Source: an uncultured Acidobacteriota bacterium
Lineage (GTDB): Bacteria > Acidobacteriota > Thermoanaerobaculia > Gp7-AA8
Reading direction: 5' to 3'
Length of the DNA stretch: 64,000 bases
Assembly: GCA_963822445.1 (NCBI GenBank)
Contig: CAWGHO010000003.1
Location: 288,001-352,000, forward strand
The number at the start of each line of letters is the position of its first letter. The first letter of the stretch is position 1. Below are positions 1 to 9,875 of this stretch, piece after piece. A program made the position numbers and the translations under genes. The notes beneath the pieces are model-generated. The model did not search any database and had not been told where the DNA came from. It saw nothing but the letters and a program-made list of their open reading frames with translations.

Positions 1-6
1 GCGACG

Positions 7-1848
7 GTGGCATTCAGTTCCTGCCTCCACAACGAAAAGGTCACCCTGCCGGTGAACGTCGGCAACGACGGCATCCTGAGCTTTCCGCTGGTTGTCCCCT
101 GCCGGTCGCTGACGGTGAATTTCGGCAGCGCCGGGGCCCTCGGTCTGACAGCAGCCGTACGCGCGGGCGAAGAGAAGTGGTTCGGCGATCACAAGCTCTC
201 CGCGTCCGCGTCCGCTGAAGTCCACGCGGTGTACGCCGGGGCGAACGCGCCGGACGTCGTGATCAAAGCGACGGTCATGCGCGAGCGGCAGACCGTGCCG
301 GTCGGGGAAGCGATCGCGGACGCGCAGGGACGGGCCGTGCTCGAAGGATTGCCTGCCGGTGAAGTCACGTTCGAGGCCCGCTTCCCGGAAACGCAGCATG
401 CCGGCACGACCACCGTGACCATGGAGCCGGGCAAGCGGATCGTGGTCGATCCGCTGGAGATTCCCGAGCCGGCGTCGCTCACGATCGCGGCGGCCTTCGA
501 CCCGGCCTTCAAGAGCGAGAACCCGGACGCGAAGCTGTTCGGCCTCCTGCTCGAGCGCGAGGACACCGGACGGACGAGGGACAATCGCGAGGCGGACTTC
601 CGCGAAGGAATCAAGGACGTGACCTTCGGCGATCTGACACCCGGCTGGTGGCGGATCGTGGCCATGGTTGCCGTCGAAGAGTCGGCGCAGCCGATCGAAG
701 TGGAACGCGTGGAGCTACAGGCCGGCGATGACCGGAAGGTGAGCGCGCGCATCAAGCCGCTCGTCTTCACGGGGCAGGTGGTGTCGCAGAACGCGGGTGT
801 CGCCGCTTCGGTCGGCATCGGCGATCCGCCCGGACCGAGCTCGATACGACGCGACATCCGCACGACCGCCGACGGGAAGTTCAAGGTCGCGTTGCCGAAG
901 AGCGGCGCGTACACCGTCACCGTCCGGCGCGCTTCGAATGACCCGATCGACATCGGACCGGTAGCGTTCGATTCCGCGTCGCCGTTCGTTCGCATCGAGC
1001 TTCCCGAGGGAGCGCTTGCGATCCAGGTGCGCAAGGACGACCAGCCGCTCGGTGATGCCGTCGTCAAGGCGACGATGCGCGTCGACGGCGCCGATGGACG
1101 CGGGCCGGCACGCCTGACCCGAACAGTGAAGACAAACGCCGCGGGAACGGTGACTCTGGAGAATCTGCAGGCCGGCGCGTGGACGATCGAAGCACGCGAG
1201 CCACGCACCGGGCGGATGGCGGAAAAAGTGGCGATGGTTCCCAAGTCGAGCCGTGCCGAGACCACGATCGAGATCGCTGACGGCGAGCTCCTCAAAGGCG
1301 TGATCATCGACGAGAACGGCGGCCTCGCGGCGGGTGCGAGCATCTCCTGCGTGTTTCCCGCGGCCGGCGGCACGCTGCGCACGATTCAGGCTGACGCGAA
1401 CGACCACGGCGCGTTCTCGATCGCTCTGCCCGATCCGCCTCCGGCGCGGCTCGATTGCGGTGTGGCCACGGCGAGCGGCGCCATCGGCGCGTTCGTCACG
1501 GCGCCTGGCGAGAATCCCGAGCTCGTGCTGCCGCAGGCGGCCGGACGCATGACCATCGTCGACTGGGGAGAGCGGGTGATTCCGGATCGTTTCTGGCTCG
1601 CCGCGCCGGATGGACGCCTGTTCAATCTGTCGTGGGCGGCCAAGAAGTTCGGACGGGCCTGGTCACCCTTGACCATCGCCCGCATGCCTGCCGGTCCGTG
1701 GAAGATCGTTCGGGCCGACTCCGCAGCGGCACTGAGCGCGATCGCGGCAGGTCATGCCCGCTCGTTGCCCGCCGCGGCCGAGGTGCGGCTCGAGGAAGGA
1801 AAGAGCACCGATATTCGCATCCAGGATGGTCCCGTGGCTCGACGGTGA
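7..1848 (+). CDS. Carboxypeptidase-regulatory-like (repeated beta-sandwich) domain protein, probably truncated by the window edge
   Basis: Repeated units such as ADAQGRAVLEGLPAGEVTF, TTADGKFKVALPKSGAYTV, TNAAGTVTLENLQAGAWTI; frame is open from position 1. Confidence 0.6.
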   Translation: MAFSSCLHNEKVTLPVNVGNDGILSFPLVVPCRSLTVNFGSAGALGLTAAVRAGEEKWFGDHKLSASASAEVHAVYAGANAPDVVIKATVMRERQTVPVGEAIADAQGRAVLEGLPAGEVTFEARFPETQHAGTTTVTMEPGKRIVVDPLEIPEPASLTIAAAFDPAFKSENPDAKLFGLLLEREDTGRTRDNREADFREGIKDVTFGDLTPGWWRIVAMVAVEESAQPIEVERVELQAGDDRKVSARIKPLVFTGQVVSQNAGVAASVGIGDPPGPSSIRRDIRTTADGKFKVALPKSGAYTVTVRRASNDPIDIGPVAFDSASPFVRIELPEGALAIQVRKDDQPLGDAVVKATMRVDGADGRGPARLTRTVKTNAAGTVTLENLQAGAWTIEAREPRTGRMAEKVAMVPKSSRAETTIEIADGELLKGVIIDENGGLAAGASISCVFPAAGGTLRTIQADANDHGAFSIALPDPPPARLDCGVATASGAIGAFVTAPGENPELVLPQAAGRMTIVDWGERVIPDRFWLAAPDGRLFNLSWAAKKFGRAWSPLTIARMPAGPWKIVRADSAAALSAIAAGHARSLPAAAEVRLEEGKSTDIRIQDGPVARR

Positions 1849-1876
1849 CCGAGATCAGAGAGAAAGGAAGAGTGAC

Positions 1877-2203
1877 ATGAAGAGAGTGTCGTTTCTCAGT
1901 GCGGCCGCTGTTGCGGCGGGCGCGGCCCTCATCGCTCCCGACGCCCAGGCCTGCGAAGACTGCATGGGCGGCGGAACGGATGTGCAGTGCGATTCGATGG
2001 CTTCGAGTGGATTCGGCTCCTGTCAGATCAAAGAGGAGTACGACGAGTGCGGCGAAGTGATCTACACGGATTGCTACGTTTCCTACGACGCCTGGTGCGA
2101 TCAGGGATCGGGCAGTGACTGGGGCGGTTTCATGTATTGGCAGGATTGGGTTTGCTTCGCGTATACGTACGACGATTGCGGTCGCAGCTGGGCCGCGGAG
2201 TAA
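1877..2203 (+). CDS. Small secreted cysteine-rich acidic protein
   Basis: AAGGA upstream of ATG 1877; signal peptide MKRVSFLSAAAVAAGAALIAPDAQA; mature part has 9 Cys and many D/E/Y/W. Confidence 0.7.
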   Translation: MKRVSFLSAAAVAAGAALIAPDAQACEDCMGGGTDVQCDSMASSGFGSCQIKEEYDECGEVIYTDCYVSYDAWCDQGSGSDWGGFMYWQDWVCFAYTYDDCGRSWAAE

Positions 2204-2214
2204 CGTTCATCACC

Positions 2215-2255
2215 GGCCCGGGTCGTGCTGACGAGCCGCTGCACGCGCCCGGGCC
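2215..2255. terminator. GC-rich hairpin after the Cys-rich gene
   Basis: GGCCCGGGTCGTGC...GCACGCGCCCGGGCC imperfect inverted repeat; no clear U-tract. Confidence 0.4.
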
Positions 2256-2272
2256 TCGATTAGTCTCCCTTC

Positions 2273-3403
2273 ATGTTCGAGATCCTCTGGGCTTTGCTGC
2301 TGTCCACGATCCGCCTTCTGGCGCTCGAGGCGATGTGGTGCGAGGCCGCCGCCGCGGTCATGGAGCGGTATCCGGAATCGCGAGTGCCGTTCGTCGTCAC
2401 CGAGCCGGTTCTGCAGGTGGCGATGGCCGGCGAAGACGTCATCGTCGTCTCCGGAGTGAGCTCGGACCGGCGTCTGGTGCGATCGACGCCGCACCACGAG
2501 ATCGAGGAGCTGATGCCGCGGACGCAGCGGCTCCCCATGGGCGGGGAATACCTTTTCGCCCGCGGATCGCGCTGGTGGTACGGGCTGGCTGGTTCGCGCC
2601 ACGGCGTGAGGGGCACGTACTTCGTCTCGGATGACGGGAGCTCGAGCGTGGTTCCGACAGCGGGTCGCGGTCCGCTGTTCTGGCTTCCGCTGAATGGGGA
2701 TGTTCCACGCGCCCTGGAAGTCTCCGACGGCGACGAAGGCTTGCTGGCGACCGAGATCGCGGCAGGCGGTCCGTTGCGCACCTGGCACCTGCCGTTTCCT
2801 CTCGGACGCCTGACCTCCGCGGAGTACCTCCCCGACGGCCGCATCGCCGTCGTCACGCAACACAGAGAGTCGGGCCGCGTGACCATCCTGCTGCTCGCCG
2901 ATGACGATCACATCGACATCCGCGCCCTGGGATACAAGATGGCCATTCAGCTTGCGACGGCGATCGATTCATCAGGGCGCCTCGCGATCGCGACCGCGAC
3001 GATGGATCGCCGCGTTGACGGAGCGGTGGTCGACCCGACGCGCGCCGCCGACCCGAAGTGGCGGGAGCTCAGACGCGGCATCCGGCTCCAGGGTGGTACC
3101 GGCGAGCTGCAGGTGACGCCGGTCTCCGATGGATTCGTCGTGGCCTGGATCAACCGCTCGGAGTCGCCTCCTCGCCTCGAATCGGGAAATCTGCGCGCCG
3201 GCTCTGCCGGAGGATTCTTCACGATCGGCGACCTGCTCGAACGAAAAGGCGGCGAAACGTTCTTCTCGCTGCGAAGCGAGGACGGCGAGCCGGTCTTCAT
3301 CCGGGACGACGGCGTTCACATCCTGACGCGCCGCCTGCCGGCGTCGGTCATCGGCTTCGACCTGATCCGGCGGCTCTCGGCGAGATGGTGCGGCCGCGCA
3401 TAG
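2273..3403 (+). CDS. Hypothetical protein, possibly exported and beta-rich
   Basis: 376-aa ORF with hydrophobic N-terminus; no family recognised. Confidence 0.5.
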   Translation: MFEILWALLLSTIRLLALEAMWCEAAAAVMERYPESRVPFVVTEPVLQVAMAGEDVIVVSGVSSDRRLVRSTPHHEIEELMPRTQRLPMGGEYLFARGSRWWYGLAGSRHGVRGTYFVSDDGSSSVVPTAGRGPLFWLPLNGDVPRALEVSDGDEGLLATEIAAGGPLRTWHLPFPLGRLTSAEYLPDGRIAVVTQHRESGRVTILLLADDDHIDIRALGYKMAIQLATAIDSSGRLAIATATMDRRVDGAVVDPTRAADPKWRELRRGIRLQGGTGELQVTPVSDGFVVAWINRSESPPRLESGNLRAGSAGGFFTIGDLLERKGGETFFSLRSEDGEPVFIRDDGVHILTRRLPASVIGFDLIRRLSARWCGRA

Positions 3404-3414
3404 CTGGCTGGAAC

Positions 3415-3428
3415 TTGGTAGCGCATAC
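3415..3428 (-). repeat. Short copy of the tRNA-Glu 3' end (decayed att core)
   Basis: TTGGTAGCGCATAC is identical to 63337-63350; intergenic, same orientation as the other copies. Confidence 0.55.
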
Positions 3429-3721
3429 CGATGATGTTGGGACTTGCCGGCGCGGCGTCAGCGGCATGCTGAGCACGACCTAGTCGCTCGCCGTACGACT
3501 GCGCGATCGCGTCGTCGACGGCTCGGCGAACTCCAGGCGGCATCGGCGTCCGTCCCGATCGACAACGCGACGTCTGGCGCCTCGCGGCGCCGGAGCTCGA
3601 GCGGAACTCGGGGGGATGACGACGAGGCGCAGCGAGCGAGGAAGAATCACGCCCCGCTCCCGGTGCAGCGCGTGCATGCTGGCGAAATTGCGCTCGCCGC
3701 CGGCATATACGAGATGAGGCC

Positions 3722-4315
3722 ATGCGCGACAACGAACAACCGCCCGCCGATCCGCGCCTGCTCGCCGCGCTGGCGAAGGCGGACCTGGACGAGCTCGCGA
3801 GCAGGCTGCTCGGGCTCGCACGCAAGAAGATGTGCCGCCGATGGAAGGGCTTACCGCCGTCCGGCGAGACGCCGGAAGACGTCGTCCAGAAGGCTTTCCA
3901 TCAGGCGCTGAGCGGCGTCCGCAAGTTTCCGGAGGGGAACGTCGATCTCTACGTCTTCCTCGTGATGGTGGTGAGGAGCCTCATCAGCCATCTCGCCGAA
4001 AAAGAGGAGAACCGCTGCGTCCACACGCCGATCGAAGAAAGCGCGGACGTATTGATGGATTGGAAGTACACGCCGCGAGAGACGGAGCTCGCGGCAGAAG
4101 CGGATGTCGCATCCGTGCTCCGGGACTTCGCGGCGGACAAACTGATGACGGATTACATCCGCTTGCGGAGCGAAGAGCAGTGCCGGAACGCCGCCGAATA
4201 TGCCGGCGCTCTCGGCGTCACCGTCGATGCGATTCACAACATGAACCGTCGCCTCGCGCGCTACCGCGACCGGCAGAGACGCGAAACGAGACCGACCGAT
4301 GAACGACCGAACTGA
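3722..4315 (+). CDS. ECF-type sigma-70-like factor
   Basis: Region-2-like TPEDVVQKAFHQAL...FLVMVVRSLISH; region-4-like HTH AAEYAGALGVTVDAIHNMNRRL. Confidence 0.65.
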   Translation: MRDNEQPPADPRLLAALAKADLDELASRLLGLARKKMCRRWKGLPPSGETPEDVVQKAFHQALSGVRKFPEGNVDLYVFLVMVVRSLISHLAEKEENRCVHTPIEESADVLMDWKYTPRETELAAEADVASVLRDFAADKLMTDYIRLRSEEQCRNAAEYAGALGVTVDAIHNMNRRLARYRDRQRRETRPTDERPN

Positions 4316-5357
4316 ACATCGCCCATACCGCGAGCTCGATGACGACGAGCGTTACTACGCGACGGCTCCGATCGACGAGATCCGTCGCGAGCTGAAGCAC
4401 TACGGCGTGCGCGTGGAGCCGGCCATCGTCGCGGTACGGGCACTGATCGACGAGCAGACTCCGCGCGTGCCGGCGGCGTCCGCGCGCCGCGTTTCCGCGC
4501 TCGGTCCCGAGACGACGTATCTCCAGCACCTGACATTGTTCGAGCGAATCGCTGCGTTCACCGCGCACCGAGGCCATTTGACCGCTGACGAGACCGTGGA
4601 GTTCGTCCAGATCGTGCTCGTGAAACTGTTAGAGAACGACTACGAGATCATCCGCAAATTCGAGGGCCGCAGCAGTTTCTCCACCTATCTCACTACCGTG
4701 ATCATGCGTCTGCTCCACCAGTGGCGCGTCGAGCAGTGGGGGAAATGGCGGCCCTCCGCCGAGGCAAGAGCGCTGGGGGATAAGGCCATCGCGCTCGAAC
4801 GCATGGTGAGTCGCGACGGCTTGTCGTTCTCGGAGGCCGTGACGGTGCTCACGCAGCACCGTCCGCAGTACTCCTCCATCAAAGAGCTCGAAGCCATCTA
4901 CCTCCGACTCCCACTCCGCAAACCCCGGCCGGTGCTCCTCTCGGACGACAGCGTGCTGGCGGAGCTTCCCAGCGAGGACTCGGCGGAGGAACGCGTCCGC
5001 GCCGGCGAGCGCGAGATCGCAGCGCGCTCCGCTGCCGCCGCTGTCGATCGCGCGATGGGCGGCTTCAGCCCGGAAGACCGGCTCATTCTGCAGTTGCGGT
5101 TCTGGGATGCGAAGACGGCGCCGGAGATCGCGCGGGTCATGCACCTCGAGCCGAGGAAGGTCTACACGCGCCTCGAACGCTTATTCAAGGGGCTGCGGCG
5201 GGCTCTCGAAGACGCAGGGATCGACCATGCGGCCGTCGGCGAGTTGATAGACCGGCCGGCGTTGGATCTTTCGTTGGAGCCGCGGCCGGAGCGGACCTCT
5301 ACTCCACAATCCGCAAGCGGTCGAAAAGCCCCAGAATCAAACGGCACTCGGCGCTGA
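4299..5357 (+). CDS. ECF sigma-70 factor with N-terminal extension
   Basis: IIRKFEGRSSFSTYLTTVI (region 2); FSPEDRLILQLRFWDAKTAPEIARVMHLEPRKVYTRL (region 4). Confidence 0.8.
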   Translation: MNDRTEHRPYRELDDDERYYATAPIDEIRRELKHYGVRVEPAIVAVRALIDEQTPRVPAASARRVSALGPETTYLQHLTLFERIAAFTAHRGHLTADETVEFVQIVLVKLLENDYEIIRKFEGRSSFSTYLTTVIMRLLHQWRVEQWGKWRPSAEARALGDKAIALERMVSRDGLSFSEAVTVLTQHRPQYSSIKELEAIYLRLPLRKPRPVLLSDDSVLAELPSEDSAEERVRAGEREIAARSAAAAVDRAMGGFSPEDRLILQLRFWDAKTAPEIARVMHLEPRKVYTRLERLFKGLRRALEDAGIDHAAVGELIDRPALDLSLEPRPERTSTPQSASGRKAPESNGTRR

Positions 5358-5802
5358 CGATGTCCGCGTCGCCGCGCAGCTTCTGTGGAAGGCGAGGCGG
5401 CACTCCTCCCGACGAGGGCGGCGAACCGCGCGAAGAAGATCTTTCTCTCGTCAACAGCGCAGGACTTGGTGGCTACCGCAAAGTGGCCGAGGATGTTGTG
5501 CACGAACCGGAGAGCTACGTGTACGGGAACGCGCCAACAATGTCCGCGCTCCACTTATCGGCATACAGCGACATGAGCGCATCGCTGGCCACCGTCGAAC
5601 CGAATCCGTTCAACTACGGGCAGGTCCAGCCTTGCGATGCGCCATTGTTAGTGCGTCCTGGCAAGTCCGCAGACATGCGTCGCAGAAAGGGGGATGGACA
5701 GGCGCTGGGCAAGAGTGCAGAAGCTCCCTTTCCGCCGCTGACAGGGACCGATTTTCAATGCTCGAATGTGCAGTGGCTACCCTGATCGTTGGGAGGAGGT
5801 TC

Positions 5803-5847
5803 GGTAGCCCATACGGGATTCGAACCGCTGTTACTGCCGTAAGAGGG
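5803..5847 (-). repeat. Degenerate copy of the tRNA-Glu 3' half (old att site)
   Basis: GGTAGCCCATACGGGATTCGAACCGCTGTTACTGCCGTAAGAGGG aligns with tRNA 63339-63383 with a few substitutions. Confidence 0.85.
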
Positions 5848-6187
5848 ACAGAAGAAATACGCTGAGTTTCTGCATCTACGCCCGGGCACGTCGGACGAGC
5901 TGCTCGACATCTTCGACCGCGAGATCTCGCTCTAGTCGATGGGTCAGCATCGGGTCGCCCTGCCATCGCGCGTCCGAAAAACGTGCGGTGGCCGATTCAG
6001 AATGGCCGTCGGCTTCGATTGCCGGTACGCGCAAATCGCGCGCTCGGTCCATTGCACGGGCCGGAAACTCATGAAAAACGTCTTCGCCACCATCCGCATT
6101 ACCTGAAGTGTGGAAGGGTAGGGATCAGGCGTCGTTCGGGCTCTCCTCTGTTGATACGGTCTCCAGGTTTGCCGAGAGAGAGGTCCG

Positions 6188-7516
6188 ATGGCTCATCGGG
6201 TGCTGGCCGTTGGTGCCGGCTCTGCCGCGCCGCGGATGGTTTCTTCATTTGCAAAGGACGACGTGCGGTTCGTCTTCGTCGACGCCGACCGGGAGAACTT
6301 CGCCTTCGCCGTGTCGCAGCACCGCCCGCAACTCGTCGTGCTCGACATGACTGTCGCTCCGCCGGGCGGCGTGATGGAGTGGCTTGCGGCGCGGAAGCGA
6401 CTGCACGCCGCCATCGCCATCGTCCCCGCGTGCGATTCCGCGCCCGAGTTGCTCGAGCTCGTGGACGATTTCGTGATCGCCGGCGACGGTTTCGAGGACG
6501 AGCTGCGGCATCGCGCGTTGCGGCTCCTCGGACTCTCGAATGATCTCGACGCGGTTGCGTCGCGGCTCAGCGAGGAGCTCGCCCTGCGGCAGCTCGTCGG
6601 CGACGATCCGGTCTTCGTCGACGTGCTGCGGCAGATCGCCCGTTACGGCCGCAGCGAGACGCCGGTGCTGATCATCGGCGAGACGGGCACCGGGAAGGAG
6701 CTCTGTGCGCGTGCATTGCACCACATCGGTCCGCGGCGCAACTTCCCGTTTTTTCCTGTCGATTGCAGCGCGCTGCCCGATCACCTCTTCGAGAACGAAA
6801 TGTTCGGGCACGCGCGCGGCGCGTTCACCGACGCCGCGTCGGATCAGAAAGGGCTGGTCGCCCTCGCGGAGCATGGAACGCTGTTCCTCGACGAGATCGA
6901 CTCGCTCTCGCTCAGCGCGCAGGGGAAGCTGCTGCGATTTCTCCAGGAGCGGATGTACAAGCCGCTGGGTGGAGAGAAGCTCGTGCGGGCGGATGTCAAC
7001 GTGCTCGCGGCGTCGAATCGCGACCTGCACGCCGCGATGCGCACGAAGAATTTCCGCGCCGACCTTTTCTACCGGCTCGACGTCCTCGAGATTCGCATGC
7101 CGCCGCTCCGCGAGCGCCGTGGCGACATCCCGCTGCTCGCGCGGCACTTCCTCGCCGCGGCGGCCGGCCGCGCGGGATGCAGGCGCGGATTCGCCGCCGC
7201 ATCGCTGCGAAAACTGTCGGCGTACGACTGGCCGGGCAACGTGCGCGAGCTCGCGAACGTCGTGCAACGCGCCGCCGTCGAGAGCGATGGCGAGGTCGTT
7301 CTGCCGTGCCACATCATCCTTCCGGGCGCGCCCAGGGACGACGAGATGAGGACGACGTTCCGCGCGGCTCGCTCGCTCACGCTCGAGACCTTCGAGCGAA
7401 TGTACGTGCAGTCGATGCTCGAAAAGCACGCCGGCAACGTCACGCGCGCGGCGCGCGAGGCAGGCCAGGAGCGCCGCGCGTTCGGACGGCTGGCGAAGAA
7501 GTACGGGCTGTCGTGA
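6188..7516 (+). CDS. Sigma-54-dependent enhancer-binding protein (degenerate receiver, AAA+, Fis-type HTH)
   Basis: Walker A GETGTGKE, GAFTDA loop, Walker B LFLDEI, FRADLFYRL, WPGNVREL, GNVTRAAREAG. Confidence 0.93.
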   Translation: MAHRVLAVGAGSAAPRMVSSFAKDDVRFVFVDADRENFAFAVSQHRPQLVVLDMTVAPPGGVMEWLAARKRLHAAIAIVPACDSAPELLELVDDFVIAGDGFEDELRHRALRLLGLSNDLDAVASRLSEELALRQLVGDDPVFVDVLRQIARYGRSETPVLIIGETGTGKELCARALHHIGPRRNFPFFPVDCSALPDHLFENEMFGHARGAFTDAASDQKGLVALAEHGTLFLDEIDSLSLSAQGKLLRFLQERMYKPLGGEKLVRADVNVLAASNRDLHAAMRTKNFRADLFYRLDVLEIRMPPLRERRGDIPLLARHFLAAAAGRAGCRRGFAAASLRKLSAYDWPGNVRELANVVQRAAVESDGEVVLPCHIILPGAPRDDEMRTTFRAARSLTLETFERMYVQSMLEKHAGNVTRAAREAGQERRAFGRLAKKYGLS

Positions 7517-9039
7517 CGAGGCGCACCTCCCTCCCGCCCGAGCAGCAGTCGCAGGTGCCCCTGCGGCCGAGCGGCAGTGCTCCCGATTCGAGCGCGCGGC
7601 ACGAGCCGCTCCTGCAGCTCCAGCAAACCGCGGGCAATCGCGCGGTCACGGAGCTCGTCGAAGCTCAGGAGCCGGCGCAGGAAGTGCCCGCGCGCGACCC
7701 GCTCGATCTCGACGGCGCAGTCGGCGAACGTGGAGAGAACTGCGCCGCGGATCTCGCCAAAGTGCAGCGCCGTCTCGTCGAAGTCGGAGCCCTGCAGGAA
7801 TCCGACGTCATCGCTGCTGCGCCGGATTCCTGCGTCGATGCATCAGCGCTCGCGGCCACCATCAAGGCGATCCGCTCCGTGCAGCGCACGCTCTTCGACC
7901 GCGACAACGTGGACGGAACCATCGACCCGCTCGGCCGGACATGGAGCCGCCTGCGAACGCTCGATGCCGCCACCCTCGCCTCGATCGCCGCGGAGCGCGT
8001 CGCGAGAAAACAGAAGAAAAAGGAGAACGCTCTCGCCCTCGAGGCGGAAAAGAAGCAAGTCGCCGCCGCCAGGCTTGAGCAATGGAACACATCCTTCGCT
8101 GAGAGGTTGCTCGCGAAGTACGCGGTGTATCTGCCGTTCGCGACGGATTACGTGAGCCTCGACGAGAGCGGCCTCGCGGCGGCCCTCGCTCCGTTCGTGA
8201 AGAGCAATCCCGGTCTGCTCGCAAAAGTCTTCGAGCGTCTGGACGACAGCGACACCGACGACGTTGCGTACGAGCTCGCGGCGGGTGCGTCGGATGCGGA
8301 GCTCGCAGGATTCGACCGCGGCGTTCTCGAGACGATGCAACGCGCGATGAGCGGCGGAGTGAGGACGAGCGGCGAGGCCGGGCAGATCGCGCGTCTGGCT
8401 CGTGCGCTGAATCCGGAGATGTCCGCGAAGAGCACGGGCGTCGAGAAATCGAAATCCGCTGCCGGGGGCGAGGTCGTCGCACCGCCGGTGATCGAAGGGG
8501 AGACTCTCGCGGACCGGATCCGGTTCATTCACGAGCAATACGACCGCTATTTCGTCACCAGGGCGACGACGAACAACTGTCACGCGGCGACGAAAGCGGC
8601 ACTCAACAAGATGGGATGGGATATCGGCGGCGCGGGGTCGGCCTTTCTTCAAAAAGATCTCGCCGATGAAGGTCTGTCAAAGGAGCAGTCGGCCGCGCTT
8701 CTCGCGGGTCTGCTCGCGGAAGTTCAGGCAGGGCGGCCGGTCGCAATCGGCATCGATTACCAGGCCGGCTCATCGAGCCCTCGTACGCTGGCGATTGTCG
8801 ATCACTGGCTCTACATCGTTGCCGTCACCGTGGATGACGGCGGGGCGATGGTCCTGGTCGCATACGAGAACGTCGACGTCACGTCGACGATCACGGACGG
8901 GAACATCATCGTCTTCCGCATCGACGAGGTCGGGCGCATCCATCACGGTGCGTTTCGCGAGGAATCGAAGAACAAGTTCTCGAACACTCCTCACGTCGTC
9001 GTGAACTTCAAGCCCGTTCACCGCATCGCCAAGCCATGA
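7513..9039 (+). CDS. Putative eCIS effector with peptidoglycan-binding-like and papain-fold-like domains
   Basis: GTG overlaps the upstream stop (GTGA); LQQTAGNRAV; DLAKVQRRL...DGTIDPLGRTW; NNCHAAT...DHWLYI...YEN. Confidence 0.6.
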   Translation: MTRRTSLPPEQQSQVPLRPSGSAPDSSARHEPLLQLQQTAGNRAVTELVEAQEPAQEVPARDPLDLDGAVGERGENCAADLAKVQRRLVEVGALQESDVIAAAPDSCVDASALAATIKAIRSVQRTLFDRDNVDGTIDPLGRTWSRLRTLDAATLASIAAERVARKQKKKENALALEAEKKQVAAARLEQWNTSFAERLLAKYAVYLPFATDYVSLDESGLAAALAPFVKSNPGLLAKVFERLDDSDTDDVAYELAAGASDAELAGFDRGVLETMQRAMSGGVRTSGEAGQIARLARALNPEMSAKSTGVEKSKSAAGGEVVAPPVIEGETLADRIRFIHEQYDRYFVTRATTNNCHAATKAALNKMGWDIGGAGSAFLQKDLADEGLSKEQSAALLAGLLAEVQAGRPVAIGIDYQAGSSSPRTLAIVDHWLYIVAVTVDDGGAMVLVAYENVDVTSTITDGNIIVFRIDEVGRIHHGAFREESKNKFSNTPHVVVNFKPVHRIAKP

Positions 9040-9044
9040 GCCAT

Positions 9045-9875
9045 CTAACGGGCATCGCCGATGATCTCGACGCGAGGATTGGCGGCACGGAATGCAGCCA
9101 CCGCCGCCGCATCCACCGGCGTGTTTTCGATCCGCACCACGCGGAGGGTCGCAAGACGGGCGAGCGGGCCGAGATCGCGCACGCCGGTGTTGTAGAGAAA
9201 CAGCTCCTCGACTTCGCGCGCGTTCTCGATTCCCGCGAGATCGGTGATGCGCGTGCCGCTCAGGTCGAGCCGGCGGACAGTGCGGAACCAGCGCAGATCG
9301 CGTAACACGTCGAGTGAGTCGATGCGGGTCTCGTGGATGGCCAGCACTTCGAGCCGATCGAGGCCGCGAAGCGGAGCGAGATCCGCGACCGCGGTTCCCT
9401 CGATGTACAACTCGGTCAATGCGGGCAGTTCCTCGACCGGCGCAAGATCCGCGACCGGCGTATGGGCCACGTCGAGGTGAACGAGCTCGCTCAATCCGCG
9501 CAGAGGCTCGAGGCTCCGTACTTTCGTCGCTCGTGCGCGAAGTACGCGGAGATGTTCTTTCCCCTGAACCGGCGAGAGATCGTCGATGGGTGTGCTGCTC
9601 ACGTCGATCTCGCGAAGCAGCGACAGCGCGCGGAGCGGTGCGAGATCGCGGACGGCGAGCCCGGGCAACACGAGGACTTCCAGCCGGTCGAGCTTCGCCA
9701 GCGGCTCGAGGCTCAACGGGAGTTGCACCGGGCTGCGATGGGGATTCGTCTGAATCACGCGCAGCTCCCGAAGCCGCGTCAGCTTCGCGAGTGGCGCGAG
9801 ATCCGGCGGGGACACGTTGACCACATCGACGACCTCGGAATCGAGTGGGAAGTTGCTGCCGCCAAAGAGAGCCAT
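9045..9875 (-). CDS. Leucine-rich repeat protein (internalin-like repeats)
   Basis: Repeats of DLAPLxxLxxLxxLxLxxTxV; ATG 9875 overlaps the upstream stop (TGATG). Confidence 0.9.
   Translation of the reverse strand: MALFGGSNFPLDSEVVDVVNVSPPDLAPLAKLTRLRELRVIQTNPHRSPVQLPLSLEPLAKLDRLEVLVLPGLAVRDLAPLRALSLLREIDVSSTPIDDLSPVQGKEHLRVLRARATKVRSLEPLRGLSELVHLDVAHTPVADLAPVEELPALTELYIEGTAVADLAPLRGLDRLEVLAIHETRIDSLDVLRDLRWFRTVRRLDLSGTRITDLAGIENAREVEELFLYNTGVRDLGPLARLATLRVVRIENTPVDAAAVAAFRAANPRVEIIGDAR

Noticed and set aside
6763-7512. N-terminal 250 aa of the 758-aa ORF
   Set aside because: Out-of-frame overlap with the sigma-54 activator; the real gene most likely starts at GTG 7513.
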